From positions 128,001 through 192,000 of the forward strand of contig CAVRCJ010000006.1 of the NCBI GenBank assembly GCA_963719515.1: a DNA stretch of 64,000 nucleotides, written 5' to 3'. The notes below the pieces were generated by a model. The model searched no databases, had not been told where the DNA came from, and saw nothing but the letters and a program-made list of their open reading frames with translations. A program made the position numbers and the translations under genes. Shown in pieces: positions 12,592-23,741 of the stretch; position 1 is the stretch's first letter; each line of letters begins with the position of its first letter. Origin of the DNA: an uncultured cyanobacterium. Its GTDB lineage: Bacteria; Cyanobacteriota; Cyanobacteriia; CAKZMO01.

Positions 12592-12729
12592 ATCCGTTTG
12601 TGTCGCGCTTTTCCAAACGACAAAAGCCAGCAAAATCGAAGACAAGCCGGTGCCGCCAACCAACCGCAGTGGGCGGACGCGGCACTGAAATGCGCGGTTG
12701 AGCACTGATCATCCCCGCAATCCCGAGTC

Positions 12730-13584
12730 TTAAAGCTGAGTCGCCGCGAACGTATCGCACTGCGCTACATCTCCCGTCTCCAGCCCCGTCGTAAACCAGC
12801 GTACCCGCTGCTCTGAGCTACCGTGGGTGAAGGCGTCAGGCACTACGTAGCCTTGAGACTTACGCTGGAGGCGATCGTCCCCGATGGCGCTAGCGGCGTT
12901 GAGCCCTTCTTGAATATCTCCCCGCTCTAGCTCTACATTTTCAGACCGGCTCGTGGAGTTCGCCCAAATTCCGGCGAGGCAGTCCGCCTGCAGCTCAAGG
13001 CGCACCGACAGCTGATTGGCCTCAGTGCGGCTAGCCCGCTGCTGCGCCTGCCGCACCTGGTCTGAGATGCCGAGCTGATTTTGCACATGGTGCGCCACCT
13101 CATGGGCCACCACGTAGGCTTGAGCAAAATCTCCGGGGGCTCCTAGTTGAGCCTGCATAGCCTGGAGAAAGGTCAGGTCGATGTACAGCTTTTCATCCGC
13201 TGGGCAGTAGAACGGGCCGACTGCAGACTGAGCATAGCCACAGGCAGACTCAACACCATTAGAAAACAGCACGAGATTGGGCTCTTGATAGTCCCGCCCA
13301 ATCTCGCTGAACAGCTCGTTCCAGGTATCCTCCGTATCGGCTAGCACCACCGACACAAATTCGGCCAGCTCATCGTCTTCTGCGGAGGTCGTAGTGGGTG
13401 AGGACGACGGCCCTGTCCCAGTTGAGGTGCCCTGAAACACCACCGAGGGATCTCCCCCGAGCAGCATTATCACGACCGCCAAGACTAGAGCTCCGATGCC
13501 GCCACCGCCGACTAGAGCCGGTCCCGCTCCGCCGCCGCGCCTATCTTCTACATTGTTGCTTCGTCGTCCAAACTGCCAGCGCAT
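12730..13584 (-). CDS. Neutral zinc metallopeptidase (YpfJ-like)
   Basis: [38 protein letters not shown] and FTHGSSEQR motifs. Confidence 0.92.
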   Translation of the reverse strand: MRWQFGRRSNNVEDRRGGGAGPALVGGGGIGALVLAVVIMLLGGDPSVVFQGTSTGTGPSSSPTTTSAEDDELAEFVSVVLADTEDTWNELFSEIGRDYQEPNLVLFSNGVESACGYAQSAVGPFYCPADEKLYIDLTFLQAMQAQLGAPGDFAQAYVVAHEVAHHVQNQLGISDQVRQAQQRASRTEANQLSVRLELQADCLAGIWANSTSRSENVELERGDIQEGLNAASAIGDDRLQRKSQGYVVPDAFTHGSSEQRVRWFTTGLETGDVAQCDTFAATQL

Positions 13585-13694
13585 GGGTGCTCTCTCGTTA
13601 GGGGTATTGTCAAGAGAATCTTAGACCAAAACGCGATAGAGGCCCATAACTCCTACGGGATAATTGCGCGTAGGTTTGAAGTAAGACTTTAGCA

Positions 13695-14282
13695 TTACTG
13701 GCGACCCATCACCTGCACAAGCCAAAGCGAGATGGCAATGCCAAAGAAATGGGCCAAGGCGATATTGATGTTGGCCTGAATCACCCAAATATCCAAAGGC
13801 TGAATCGCTTGGGTAATGCGCTCAAAGATCGCGGCTCCGCCTTGAGGCTGGGACAGTGCTTTGCTCACCAGGGCTCCGATGAGGGCTTCTCCCCCCAGCA
13901 GCGTCAAAAACATGCCTGCCAGGTTGACAATCAGCCCAATTCTCAGCGATCGCACTACGTCGCTGGGCCGAGGCCGAGTCTCGCTGCTGGGCGATCGCAG
14001 CTGACGGGAGAGCCGGGTATAGCGAAAGGCCCAATACGCGCCACCGTAGAGGGCGACTAGCCCCAAACCCGCCAGCGCCAGCCCGACCCCTGCTCCTGGA
14101 TTATCGCGCGGGGCGTTGCTGACGCTTTGAAAATTGATCAGCACCGTCGCAAATATGAGCGTCAGCGAGGAGACGATCGCCAAAATGAGCTGAATCCAAA
14201 AGCTTGCCCAGCCGTACCAGCGAAACGAGCGGACAATGCGTTGAATAGCGGGAGAGAGCCTGGAGGAGTCTTTATCTAGCAT
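13695..14282 (-). CDS. DUF3611-like membrane protein
   Basis: GWASFWIQL and NLAGMFLTLLG...LVSKALSQPQG...IQPLD pattern; several TM segments. Confidence 0.75.
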   Translation of the reverse strand: MLDKDSSRLSPAIQRIVRSFRWYGWASFWIQLILAIVSSLTLIFATVLINFQSVSNAPRDNPGAGVGLALAGLGLVALYGGAYWAFRYTRLSRQLRSPSSETRPRPSDVVRSLRIGLIVNLAGMFLTLLGGEALIGALVSKALSQPQGGAAIFERITQAIQPLDIWVIQANINIALAHFFGIAISLWLVQVMGRQ

Positions 14283-14455
14283 CGAAAAGAGCTCAACGGA
14301 GCAGGAGTCTTGGTTATGTCTGCCCCGTCGCTTATATCAATGGTATCGGCTAAAAGCCTTACATTGCGTAGGCGATAGGGCGCACAAACGTCCCAACCAG
14401 TCAGGACATCTGCTATAAAAAGCGACCATGACTGTACGATAGCATTTGCCCGCCT

Positions 14456-15295
14456 TCAGTCGCGGCGCGATCGCACCCATAGGCCCAGCCCCGCCAAGCA
14501 CAATAGCCCTAGCCCCCCCGCCAAAGGGTTTTGGTCCACCCCCGACAGCCCCGCGGGGGCAGAGTCCTGATAAGTGAGTAGCTTGCCTACGGCGACCAGG
14601 TAATAGCTCCACACTAGCCCGGCGTGCAGCCCAATGGCCATGCCCAGCCGGCCGCAACACCTGCGCCGCGCCCATACCAGAACCAGGCCCAGCAGCACCA
14701 GCCCTGGAAACTGAGGCGCAGTGCGAATCATTTCGGAAACGGGCTTGATGAAATGGAGAGCCGCAAACCCTAAGCTGCTGCCCCATAGAGCAATCGGGCG
14801 AGAGTAATCTTCCTCTAATTCCCCTAGTAGCCAGCCCCGAAACACCAGCTCCTCCCCTAAGGCAATCCCCACCGCTACCAGCAGCCCCTCGAAGGCGATC
14901 ACCCCTATTTGCGTCCAGACCGCCCCGTCCCATACCACCCACCCCAAAAGCCCCTGCAGCCCAAACAGCAGCATCAGGCTGAGCGCCGCCGCCCCAAACC
15001 CTAAGGCAAACTCGCGGCGATTGTGCCTTGTCCAGGTCAGACCGTAGCGATCGCGCAGTTTAGACCGGTAGAGGGTGCGGCTCCAAACCCGCAGCAGACC
15101 CAAAAACCCGATGAGGACGGTGGCGGTGGCCAAGATGCTGATGGTGTTGCTGTCGGTGACCCGCCAAAGAATGAGGCCATAAACAGGAAGCCACAGCAGC
15201 AGCAGCAGCCCAATGAATAGAAAGATGCGCAGGGGGACAGGACGGTTGGCCAGGGCCGGACCGAAGCCTGATAAAAACCGTAGTGGCTTGGCCAT
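14456..15295 (-). CDS. CPBP (Abi/CAAX) family intramembrane metalloprotease
   Basis: EELVFRG, FAALH and AIGLH motifs; start uncertain (ORF is open to 15427). Confidence 0.88.
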   Translation of the reverse strand: MAKPLRFLSGFGPALANRPVPLRIFLFIGLLLLLWLPVYGLILWRVTDSNTISILATATVLIGFLGLLRVWSRTLYRSKLRDRYGLTWTRHNRREFALGFGAAALSLMLLFGLQGLLGWVVWDGAVWTQIGVIAFEGLLVAVGIALGEELVFRGWLLGELEEDYSRPIALWGSSLGFAALHFIKPVSEMIRTAPQFPGLVLLGLVLVWARRRCCGRLGMAIGLHAGLVWSYYLVAVGKLLTYQDSAPAGLSGVDQNPLAGGLGLLCLAGLGLWVRSRRD

Positions 15296-15440
15296 TGGAT
15301 TCACCTTAAGCGCCTTGAAAGCCTCTCTAAGGGCGATCGCTCCCGCGTCCCAAGTTATTTCAGACCGCAACAGCGGCAGGAATCTAGAAAAAAATAGTCG
15401 GCAGCCATCCACGACAGCTACCGACAATCCCTTTAACTGA

Positions 15441-15522
15441 TGCGGATGAAGGGACTTGAACCCCCACGTCCGAAGACACTAGAACCTAAATCTAGCGCGT
15501 CTACCAATTCCGCCACATCCGC
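15441..15522 (-). tRNA. trnL: tRNA-Leu(TAG)
   Basis: GCGGATGTGGCGGAATTGGTAGACGCG CTAGA-TT-TAG-GT-TCTAG, long variable arm, GGTTCAAGTCC T-loop; no encoded CCA. Confidence 0.97.
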
Positions 15523-15690
15523 ATATCCAGGTCTTCTATAGTAGCAAAGCGATCGCCATTTAGGACAACAAATTTTGGCAACGAGTCACCAAAATTTTGG
15601 CGGTGGGCGATCGCTTTGCATTTACGGTTGGGATGTTTGCACACAGAGCGTTTTCAGAGAACGCCGTAGGAGCACCTCAGCCCCGAACTG

Positions 15691-15749
15691 TTCGTGGAAG
15701 TCCCCGGCGCTGTATGCGCAGCATACAGCGCCGGGCTTCCACGAATTAG
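15691..15749 (-). mobile_element. Solo IS200/IS605-type left end (hairpin remnant)
   Basis: Minus strand TTTAG|CTAATTCGTGG-AAGC-CCGGCGCTGTATGC-TGC-GCATACAGCGCCGG; same layout as the left ends at 39899 and 41277. Confidence 0.65.
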
Positions 15750-17290
15750 CTAAAGAGGGTCGCAAACAGCGCCTCAGCGATGGGGGCCTCCAGCGGATTG
15801 CCGTCTACGACCGGGTCTCCCATGTCCGGTTCCTCTATCAGTTCTCCATCAGGCACAGGCTCCTCAACGACGGGGAGTTCTGCTGACGGCTCCGGTTCCT
15901 TGCCTTCTACAGGCGTTTCGTCAACTGGCTCTTCAACTATGGGGCCGTCGATAATAGGACCCTCAACTATAGGACCCTCAATCACAGGACCCTCAACTAC
16001 AGGGTCGTCAATCACAGGACCCTCAACTATAGGATCGTCGGTGACAGGAGCATCCACTACAGGCTCGTCGACCTCTATAAGCTCAAGGAAATCCAAGAAT
16101 CCTGCCGTTGCTGAGATATCCGCCGCCAGCTCAACTAGGTCCAGGTCTCCCGTCAAATCAACGTCATCGCTTGCCACATCGCTCACGGCAACGCCGTCGC
16201 TGAAGGTGACCGTGCCGGTCAAGCTTGCGAGGAAATCTGACGCGTCGCTCAGCAGCTGGGCGAAGTCAATAAAAACTGGAATGCCGGACTCTTCAGCTTC
16301 AGGCAGAGCTGGATCGACCGGTACCTCAGGAGACAGAACCGGGTCTACAGGGGCTTCAGGAACCATAGGATCCGTCGGCGCTTCAGGATCTATCATTTCG
16401 ACCAAGGCGATGTCTAAAACCCCTTCGAGCACACCCTCACTGAGGATGAATTCGCCGTCCGTTCCGGCAACGATGGGGGTGACGAGATTGCTGATGACGC
16501 TAGCGAAATCGAACGGTTCGCCGATCTGTCCAAACGGTTCAACCGCTACGGTGGCAAATCCATCATCCACAGTGAACGTCAGGGGAAGGTCTACGAGGTC
16601 TATATCGATCCCGTCGCCGACGTCATCGCTGAGAGTTACTATTCCGTTAGAGAGATCAAAGGTTGTTTCAAAACCGCCCAAAGGTATCGTAAACTCGGCA
16701 TCCTCGCCAAAGGAAAAACTTTCCTCGATGGAGCCAAATGGCGTATCGAGGTCAATGCCCAGCGCGCCGTCAAGAAGGCTGAATTCACCTTCAAACTCAC
16801 CGGCTTCGCTGCCGAAGTCGACCGCGATCACGCCTTCGTTGAGCGCAAATGTCCCCTCAATATCTGAGAGGAGAGGCAGCAAAACGGTTTCGGTCAGCTC
16901 ATTTAGGTCTAGGGTTCCCGTCAGGGGCTCTCCCTCTTCTAGAGTTAAGGCTGCGGTTGCCACCCCGCCTTCTAAACCCACAGACGCGGTAATTCCTGTG
17001 AGTTCGTCAATGAGTTCAGCAATCCCAGCGACGACGTCGACTTCCTCAGTGAAAGTACCTTCGGCACCGGTAAGGTCGGCGCTAATGACGCCGCCTGCAA
17101 AGGTAATGCTGCCAGCAAGGCTATCTGCAAACTGCGTTAGGTCAGTTTCAGCAAAGCTGTCGGGGAAGAATGCGGCTAGGTCGCTCAGCGCAGACTCGGC
17201 GGGCAAAATCGCGACAGCAGCCGTAATGGCGTCTGCGCCGGTCTCTACTGTTCTAGTAACGAGATCTGGTGTGGTTGCCGATTCAAGCAT
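15746..17290 (-). CDS. Hyperacidic repeat protein of unknown function
   Basis: 514 aa, AGGAG RBS, D/E/G/hydrophobic composition, C-terminal P-[IV]-[IV]-[DE]-[GD] pentapeptide repeats. Confidence 0.85.
   Translation of the reverse strand: MLESATTPDLVTRTVETGADAITAAVAILPAESALSDLAAFFPDSFAETDLTQFADSLAGSITFAGGVISADLTGAEGTFTEEVDVVAGIAELIDELTGITASVGLEGGVATAALTLEEGEPLTGTLDLNELTETVLLPLLSDIEGTFALNEGVIAVDFGSEAGEFEGEFSLLDGALGIDLDTPFGSIEESFSFGEDAEFTIPLGGFETTFDLSNGIVTLSDDVGDGIDIDLVDLPLTFTVDDGFATVAVEPFGQIGEPFDFASVISNLVTPIVAGTDGEFILSEGVLEGVLDIALVEMIDPEAPTDPMVPEAPVDPVLSPEVPVDPALPEAEESGIPVFIDFAQLLSDASDFLASLTGTVTFSDGVAVSDVASDDVDLTGDLDLVELAADISATAGFLDFLELIEVDEPVVDAPVTDDPIVEGPVIDDPVVEGPVIEGPIVEGPIIDGPIVEEPVDETPVEGKEPEPSAELPVVEEPVPDGELIEEPDMGDPVVDGNPLEAPIAEALFATLFS
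15926..16075 (-). repeat. 15-bp coding tandem repeats (~10 degenerate units, e.g. AGGACCCTCAACTAT)
   Basis: Seen directly; they encode PIVEG/PVIEG/PVIDD units. Confidence 0.85.
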
Positions 17291-17543
17291 GTAGTGACTC
17301 CTGATTCCTAAAACGTTGTGGTATTGATGCTTAGTCTTTAAGTAAGAGGTGTCTTGTTGCAGACGGGTAAGCGCCGCTCAAACAAGTCAGTTGACGTAAC
17401 TTGCTCCTGTATTGTGCCGCGAACTCCAAAATTCGATCCCGCCGCTACTGTAGCTTAGCCCAGCGGCTAAAGTCCTCTTGGGCGATCGCCTGCCGGAAGT
17501 GATACCGTAGATGGGCTAGGCCACGCTTGAGCACCGAACACCC

Positions 17544-18368
17544 ATGAACTTTTTGACAAACTTACTTCCCACACCGCTCAGTCTTCCGCGCCTGAATCGG
17601 AGTCGGCGAGGCCTGACTAAATCGGCGGCAGAGATTGCCACGATGCGTCAGGCTACCCGCATTGTGGCGACTGTGCTCAAAGAGATCTCGCAGCGGGTCC
17701 GGCCCGGCATGACCACGGCAGATTTGGACGCCTACGCTGAGCAGCGCATTCGCGAGATGGGAGCCACACCAAGCTTCAAAGGCTATTACGGCTTTCCTGG
17801 CTCTATCTGCGCCTGCATCAACGACGAAGTCGTCCACGGCATCCCCAGCGCCAAGAAGATTATCCACGCTGGCGATGTGCTCAAGGTGGACACTGGAGCT
17901 TACTACGACGGCTTTCACGGCGACTCCTGCATCACCATTGGCGTTGAAGCCGTGACCCCCGAGGCGGCTAGCCTTATCGAGGCGGCAGAGGCCACGCTAT
18001 ACAGAGGCATTGAGCAAGTCAAAGCGGGGGCTTACCTTTTAGATATTGCGGGTGCTATTCAAGATTACGCAGAGGAAGCAGGCTTCAAAATCGTTGAGGA
18101 GTTCACGGGCCACGGCGTGGGCCGCAACCTGCACGAGGAGCCGTCCGTGTTCAATATCCGCACGCGACAGCTGCCCAACGTTAAGCTCCAAGCCGGGATG
18201 ACGTTAGCCATTGAGCCGATTTTGAACGCCGGGTCTCGCCACACGCGCACCCTCCCGGACCGGTGGACGGTGGTAACCGTCGATCGCGCTTTGTCAGCGC
18301 AGTTTGAGCACACCGTACTGGTGACCGAGTCGGGATACGAAATTTTGACCGACCGGACGCAGGTATAG
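17544..18368 (+). CDS. map: Methionine aminopeptidase type I
   Basis: [30 protein letters not shown] and AQFEHT motifs. Confidence 0.96.
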   Translation: MNFLTNLLPTPLSLPRLNRSRRGLTKSAAEIATMRQATRIVATVLKEISQRVRPGMTTADLDAYAEQRIREMGATPSFKGYYGFPGSICACINDEVVHGIPSAKKIIHAGDVLKVDTGAYYDGFHGDSCITIGVEAVTPEAASLIEAAEATLYRGIEQVKAGAYLLDIAGAIQDYAEEAGFKIVEEFTGHGVGRNLHEEPSVFNIRTRQLPNVKLQAGMTLAIEPILNAGSRHTRTLPDRWTVVTVDRALSAQFEHTVLVTESGYEILTDRTQV

Positions 18369-18384
18369 CGGCAGTTGGGAGGCT

Positions 18385-19050
18385 CTAGCCGTCAGGGCCT
18401 GCAGCCAAGGCGATCGCCCGAGGGTAGAGTCTGTGCTCCTGCTGGTGGATTCGCTGCTGTAGGGTCTCAGGGGTATCGCCGGACAGTACCGGAACGGCGG
18501 CTTGAGCAATGATTGGGCCGCTGTCCACCTCAAGTACGACGTGGTGAACGGTACAGCCCGTAATCTTAACCCCTGCTGATAGAGCCTGCTCTACTGCATG
18601 TAGACCGGGAAAGCTGGGCAGCAGGCTCGGGTGAATATTGAGAATGCGGTTTGGAAAGGCCTGAATCAGTTCATTGGTGACGCAGCGCATCCACCCCGCC
18701 ATAATGACCCAGGCGACGCCGTGGTGCGTCAGCGTAGTGGCGATCGCCTGATCTAGCGCCTCGCGGCGCTTGAACTCGCGGTGGTTGAGCAGCACGGCGG
18801 GAACTTGTCGCCGCGCCGCCCGCTCAGCGACCCTGGCATCGGGGTTATTGTAGATAACGACGTCAATCTGGGCGTTGAGCTGTCGATTCTCAATAGCCTC
18901 TGCGATCGCCTCAAAATTGCTGCCGTTGCCTGAGGCCAGTACGCCTAGCTTCAGGGGAGGCTGACGGAAATTTTTTTCTAGGTCCTCGCTTGTCTCTGGA
19001 GGCGAATGAATGGCTTCATTAGCGGACGCGGTATAGGGAGTGATGGACAT
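18385..19050 (-). CDS. purN: Phosphoribosylglycinamide formyltransferase
   Basis: SGNGSNF, NIHPSLLPSFPG and DSGPII motifs. Confidence 0.96.
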   Translation of the reverse strand: MSITPYTASANEAIHSPPETSEDLEKNFRQPPLKLGVLASGNGSNFEAIAEAIENRQLNAQIDVVIYNNPDARVAERAARRQVPAVLLNHREFKRREALDQAIATTLTHHGVAWVIMAGWMRCVTNELIQAFPNRILNIHPSLLPSFPGLHAVEQALSAGVKITGCTVHHVVLEVDSGPIIAQAAVPVLSGDTPETLQQRIHQQEHRLYPRAIALAAGPDG

Positions 19051-19789
19051 TCTAATGGGTATAGAAGCTCATAGCCGATCATACAGGGCTCCGCTTCCTG
19101 CTCACCACTCCGCTGAAGACTCGCGGGAAAGTCTATCGTCGTGCAGCGATCGCTAGCTGGAGTCAGGTCTTGAAACGACTAGATAGGGAACCCCAAAAGC
19201 TGCAGTTCGCTAGGACTGCGTGAGCGCAACTTGAGCATGTCCTGTTGGCCACCAGCCTCTAATGAGAGTACGATGGAGGGCTAATATGGCTTGAGGGGCC
19301 AGCATGTAGCGAAAATACAGGTGGGAATTCTATAATGGTTAACTATAGATTACAAATTTATAATCTCTTCCTATGGTCGATTTGGCGAGAGTTACCGCTA
19401 TCGAGGACGAAGTGCTCCTCTATATTCCTCTAAACTTCACCTGCTGCCGCGCCTCTATGAGATTTCGAGCTTAAAGATATTAGGTATGTAGGCTAGACCT
19501 AGTATTTAGCCGCGAAGATAATTTCACCTAATCGTTCCACCTGCAAAGTGCGTGTCTTTTGCGCTTTGAAGTACAGCTTAAAGAAGCTTTTACGCTTGTC
19601 ATCCTTTGACAGTCGACGAGCGCAAGACAAACGCCGACAAAACTTGCTAGTTATCAAAAGCCCCTAAGCTTTCCCTATGCTGATCTCCGAGACAGCGCGA
19701 TGTCGGGGCATTATTCCTATAATTTTGCTAGCCTACGGCTAGCCTTTCTATATCGTTATACAAACCGATCTATTAGGTAAAAAATATAT

Positions 19790-20311
19790 ATGTATTCTAA
19801 AAGCCGTCTTTCGATCTTCGTAGACGGGAACAATATGTTCTATGCTCAGCAAAAGAACGGCTGGTTCTTCGATCCACGGCGGGTTTTACGCTACTTCACT
19901 GACGATTCCCATATTCGCTTAATCAACGCATTCTGGTACACCGGCCTCAAAGACTCTCAAGATCAGCGCGGGTTTAGAGATGCACTCATCAGCTTAGGCT
20001 ACACGGTGAGAACTAAAGTCCTCAAAGAATACTACGACGATTCGTCGGGACGCTACTCGCAAAAGGCCAATCTAGATATTGAAATCGTGGTGGATATGTT
20101 CAACACCGTTGAGCAATACGATCAGGTGGTGCTATTTAGCGGTGACGGTGACTTCGAGCGGGCGGTTGAGCTGCTGCGCTCAAAGAATACCCACATCACC
20201 GTGGTCTCAACGGAGGGGATGATCGCCCGGGAGCTGAGAAACGCCACCGACCGCTATATCGATCTCAACAGCATTCGTAGCCATATTGAGAAAAGCGACG
20301 GCTACAACTAG
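19790..20311 (+). CDS. labA: NYN-domain protein LabA
   Basis: IFVDGNNMFY, KANLDIEIVVDM and SGDGDF motifs. Confidence 0.88.
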   Translation: MYSKSRLSIFVDGNNMFYAQQKNGWFFDPRRVLRYFTDDSHIRLINAFWYTGLKDSQDQRGFRDALISLGYTVRTKVLKEYYDDSSGRYSQKANLDIEIVVDMFNTVEQYDQVVLFSGDGDFERAVELLRSKNTHITVVSTEGMIARELRNATDRYIDLNSIRSHIEKSDGYN

Positions 20312-20387
20312 TCAGGTACGAGGTTTACCAGTCAGAGGCGCTATCATCAGAGGATAGTTGTCCTAGCGACGAGGTCAGCCGCCTACT

Positions 20388-22046
20388 ATGACTACGCCCA
20401 AGCCCGCTACATCTCAGTTTGACGTCCCCACAAATTCTGAGTTACCGTCCGATCGCATCATCATTTTTGATACGACGCTGCGCGATGGGGAGCAGTCTCC
20501 CGGAGCGACGCTCAACGTCGACGAAAAGCTAGCGATCGCCCTGCAGCTAGCGCGCCTGCGGGTGGACATTATTGAGGCGGGGTTTCCGTTTGCCAGTCCG
20601 GGGGACTTCGACGCGGTGCGGAAAATCGCAGAGAAAGTGGGAACAGAGGACGGCCCAACGATTTGTGGGCTAGCCCGGGCTACTGAGCACGACATCAAAG
20701 CTGCGGCTGAGGCCTTAGCGCCTGCCGCTCATCGCCGCATTCACACGTTTATCGCCACCTCCGATATTCACCTCAAGCATAAGCTGCGCAAATCACGGGC
20801 CGAGGTGCTGGCGATCGTGCCAGAGATGGTGAGCTACGCCAAGTCGTTTGGGGATGATGTTGAGTTTTCCCCGGAGGATGCCGGACGCTCCGACCCTGAG
20901 TTTTTGTATCAGGTGCTAGAGCAGGCGATCGCGGCTGGGGCGACTACAGTCAACATTCCGGACACCGTTGGCTACACCATGCCCAGCGAGTTTGGCGGGC
21001 TGATTCGCGGCATTGTCGAAAACGTGCCGAATATCAGTCAGGCCGTGGTTTCAGTTCACGGTCACAACGACTTGGGTTTGGCGGTGGCCAACTTCTTAGA
21101 ATCGGTAAAACACGGAGCGCGGCAGCTCGAATGCACCATCAACGGTATCGGTGAGCGGGCAGGCAATGCGGCTTTAGAAGAGCTAGTGATGACGCTGCAC
21201 GTGCGGCGACAGTATTTCAACCCTTTCTTTGGGCGATCGCCTGAATCTGAGGCTCCGCTCCACGCAATTGACACTCAGCAAATCTACAAGACCTCACGCC
21301 TAGTCTCTAATCTGACGGGGATGTTTGTGCAGCCCAACAAAGCGATCGTTGGGGCGAATGCTTTTGCCCACGAGTCGGGCATTCACCAAGATGGGGTACT
21401 TAAGAACAAACTCACCTACGAAATTATGGACGCTGAGTCCATTGGGCTGACTAATAATCAAATTGTTCTGGGCAAGCATTCCGGGCGCAATGCCTTCCGC
21501 AGTCGGCTACAGGAGCTGGGCTACGACCTGTCGGATCAAGATTTGAACAAAGCGTTTTTGCGGTTCAAGGAGCTGGCCGATAAGAAAAAAGAAATCAGCG
21601 ATTGGGACCTAGAGGCAATCGTCAACGATGAGACCCAGCACACCCCCATCGCCTACACCCTGCAGCACGTGCAGGTCTCTTGCGGAGACCATGCGCGCCC
21701 CACGGCGACGGTGTGCATTCTCACCCCCGACGGCAAAGAGCTGATGGATGCGGCCATTGGGACAGGTCCGGTGGATGCTATATATAAAGCCATCAACCGC
21801 GTTATCGATCTGCCCAACCAGCTGATTGAATACACCGTCAAGTCAGTCACAGCAGGCATCGATGCTATCGGAGAGGTGACGATTCGACTCCGCTACGAGG
21901 GACGGCTGTTCTCCGGCCACGCCGCTAATACGGACGTTGTGGTGGCCTCCGCTCAGGCCTACGTCAATGCCCTGAACCGGCTCTATGCAGCGCAGCAGCA
22001 GGGGCAGACGCTGCACCCCCAGCGAGATAGCGCGGGCGTCTCTTGA
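20388..22046 (+). CDS. leuA: 2-isopropylmalate synthase
   Basis: [33 protein letters not shown]-terminal regulatory domain with GTGPVDA. Confidence 0.97.
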   Translation: MTTPKPATSQFDVPTNSELPSDRIIIFDTTLRDGEQSPGATLNVDEKLAIALQLARLRVDIIEAGFPFASPGDFDAVRKIAEKVGTEDGPTICGLARATEHDIKAAAEALAPAAHRRIHTFIATSDIHLKHKLRKSRAEVLAIVPEMVSYAKSFGDDVEFSPEDAGRSDPEFLYQVLEQAIAAGATTVNIPDTVGYTMPSEFGGLIRGIVENVPNISQAVVSVHGHNDLGLAVANFLESVKHGARQLECTINGIGERAGNAALEELVMTLHVRRQYFNPFFGRSPESEAPLHAIDTQQIYKTSRLVSNLTGMFVQPNKAIVGANAFAHESGIHQDGVLKNKLTYEIMDAESIGLTNNQIVLGKHSGRNAFRSRLQELGYDLSDQDLNKAFLRFKELADKKKEISDWDLEAIVNDETQHTPIAYTLQHVQVSCGDHARPTATVCILTPDGKELMDAAIGTGPVDAIYKAINRVIDLPNQLIEYTVKSVTAGIDAIGEVTIRLRYEGRLFSGHAANTDVVVASAQAYVNALNRLYAAQQQGQTLHPQRDSAGVS

Positions 22047-22066
22047 GAAAGGATTGATAGAACGTT

Positions 22067-22915
22067 ATGGCACCGCTCTTGCCGAACGCTGTGCAGCCGC
22101 TTTTGCGGCGGGCCGGTCTCTACCTCTTGCTGGGGGGCGTGGCTTTGCTCATGCTGCTGCCGCTGCTTTGGCTGCTCAGCACAGCATTCAAGTCGCCCGC
22201 AGAGAACATTGTTCAGTTCCCTCCGCAGTTTTGGCCTGAGTCACCAACGCTGCGGAACTTTGTGCAGGTGTGGCAGACCAACCCCATGGGACGCTACTTC
22301 TTCAACAGCACTCTAGTGGCAGTGGTGACTGTGCTGTTGAACCTACTGCTGTGCTCCCTAGCGGCTTATCCTTTGTCACGGCTTCAGTTTCCGGGAAGAG
22401 AGACCTTGCTGACCGTGATCATCAGCACGATTTTGATTCCATTTCAGGTGGTGATGATTCCGCTTCACATCCTGGCGGTGAATTTGGGGCTGCGCAATAC
22501 TTATTTGGGCCTCGTCTTTCCGGCGATCGCCTCGGCGTTTGGCATCTTCCTGCTGCGGCAGGCATTTTTAAGTGTCCCCAAAGAGCTAGAGGAAGCGGCC
22601 CGTATGGATGGTTGCTCAGAGCTAGGCATCTGGTGGTTTGTGATGCTGCCCGCCGTCCGACCGGCTCTAGCAACCCTATCTATCTTTGTCTTTATCGGCT
22701 CCTGGAGCGACTTTCTGTGGCCGCTAATCATTCTAGACGACCCGTCATACTACACCCTACCCCTAGGCGTTGCTAAGCTAGCGGGCGCATTCTCTCTAGA
22801 CTGGCGACTGATCGCAGCCGGGTCAATCCTGTCCATTGCCCCCATTCTCCTAGCGTTTTTATTCGCACAACGCTATATCGTACCCACGGATGCGGGTAGC
22901 GGTGTCAAGGGGTAG
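22067..22915 (+). CDS. Carbohydrate ABC transporter permease (MalG-like)
   Basis: EAA loop ELEEAARMDG; W.DFLWPL motif. Confidence 0.92.
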   Translation: MAPLLPNAVQPLLRRAGLYLLLGGVALLMLLPLLWLLSTAFKSPAENIVQFPPQFWPESPTLRNFVQVWQTNPMGRYFFNSTLVAVVTVLLNLLLCSLAAYPLSRLQFPGRETLLTVIISTILIPFQVVMIPLHILAVNLGLRNTYLGLVFPAIASAFGIFLLRQAFLSVPKELEEAARMDGCSELGIWWFVMLPAVRPALATLSIFVFIGSWSDFLWPLIILDDPSYYTLPLGVAKLAGAFSLDWRLIAAGSILSIAPILLAFLFAQRYIVPTDAGSGVKG

Positions 22916-23052
22916 GAGGAGCTGCAGATTGAAGTGCTCGCGAAAACGTTAAGAAATATGTCATACTAACTGCAAGAGACATAGGCGTGTTAGGGCGTTC
23001 GCCTGTGACCCAATTGATTGAAACGCCCAATTGATTTAAACAAGGTATATCT

Positions 23053-23526
23053 ATGACATCTTTAAATGCAGTTCCCGACGATGGCATTACCAAAAGCGCG
23101 CTTTTAGAAACCGTAAAGCGCAAGGCGGGGTTAGAAGACCTTTATGACGCACGCGACATCGCCGAGGTGGTCTTCCGGACGCTGCGGGATATGATGACAA
23201 CAGAGGCTGCCGATCGGGTTGCGGTAGAACTCGAAGGAAAGCTGCTGACGACGGGAGATAGCGCTAAAGATAGCCTTGTGGAAATTTGGAAAGACACCAA
23301 CTGGATCGTGCGTCTCTTGAGCCGCATTCGCCCGCCCCTCGAAATCGACACCGACACGTTCTTATTTAGAATTAGCCAAGAAGCGGGGCTATCCCGAGGG
23401 GTAACGCCTGAAGAGGCGACTGAAGCAGTATTTCTGGCGCTTAAACGAGAGCTCTCCGAAGACTGTCAAAAAGAAATCGCGTCTTTCCTTCCTGAGCCGC
23501 TGCGTGGGGCGTGGCAAGCCGCGTAG
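23053..23526 (+). CDS. DUF2267-like protein
   Basis: EVVFRTLRD, FL.RI..EAGL and AVF.ALK..LS pattern. Confidence 0.75.
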   Translation: MTSLNAVPDDGITKSALLETVKRKAGLEDLYDARDIAEVVFRTLRDMMTTEAADRVAVELEGKLLTTGDSAKDSLVEIWKDTNWIVRLLSRIRPPLEIDTDTFLFRISQEAGLSRGVTPEEATEAVFLALKRELSEDCQKEIASFLPEPLRGAWQAA

Positions 23527-23552
23527 GAGGCGTCGGGCTGATGGTTAACGGC

Positions 23553-23586
23553 GTACCGTAGGGGTTATTATTCACCCCTACGGTAC
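23553..23586. terminator. Hairpin between convergent DUF2267 gene and psbK
   Basis: GTACCGTAGGGGT...ACCCCTACGGTAC, 13-bp perfect stem. Confidence 0.7.
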
Positions 23587-23594
23587 AAATATGT

Positions 23595-23741
23595 TTAGCG
23601 GAATCCTACGGCAGCCTGCCAGACAAACGCGAGCAGCAGGAAGAATACGGGAATGATGGGGAGCACATCTACGAGCGGGTCGAAAATTTGATAGGCTTCC
23701 GGCAGTTCCGCAATCAGTAGCGCTGGCAGTAGTAGTGACAT
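23595..23741 (-). CDS. psbK: Photosystem II subunit K (missing from the ORF track)
   Basis: Manual translation [48 protein letters not shown]. Confidence 0.97.
   Translation of the reverse strand: MSLLLPALLIAELPEAYQIFDPLVDVLPIIPVFFLLLAFVWQAAVGFR

Noticed and set aside
15780..17294. 504-aa Ser/Thr-rich plus-strand ORF
   Set aside because: Antisense shadow of the acidic protein's biased codons; the minus ORF has the RBS and coherent repeats
15441..17400. tRNA-Leu as the integration site of an island
   Set aside because: No integrase and no duplicated tRNA 3' end found in the window
19051..19789. Long purN-labA intergenic region as a hidden gene or ncRNA
   Set aside because: No convincing ORF, repeat or stable structure recognised; consistent with divergent promoters
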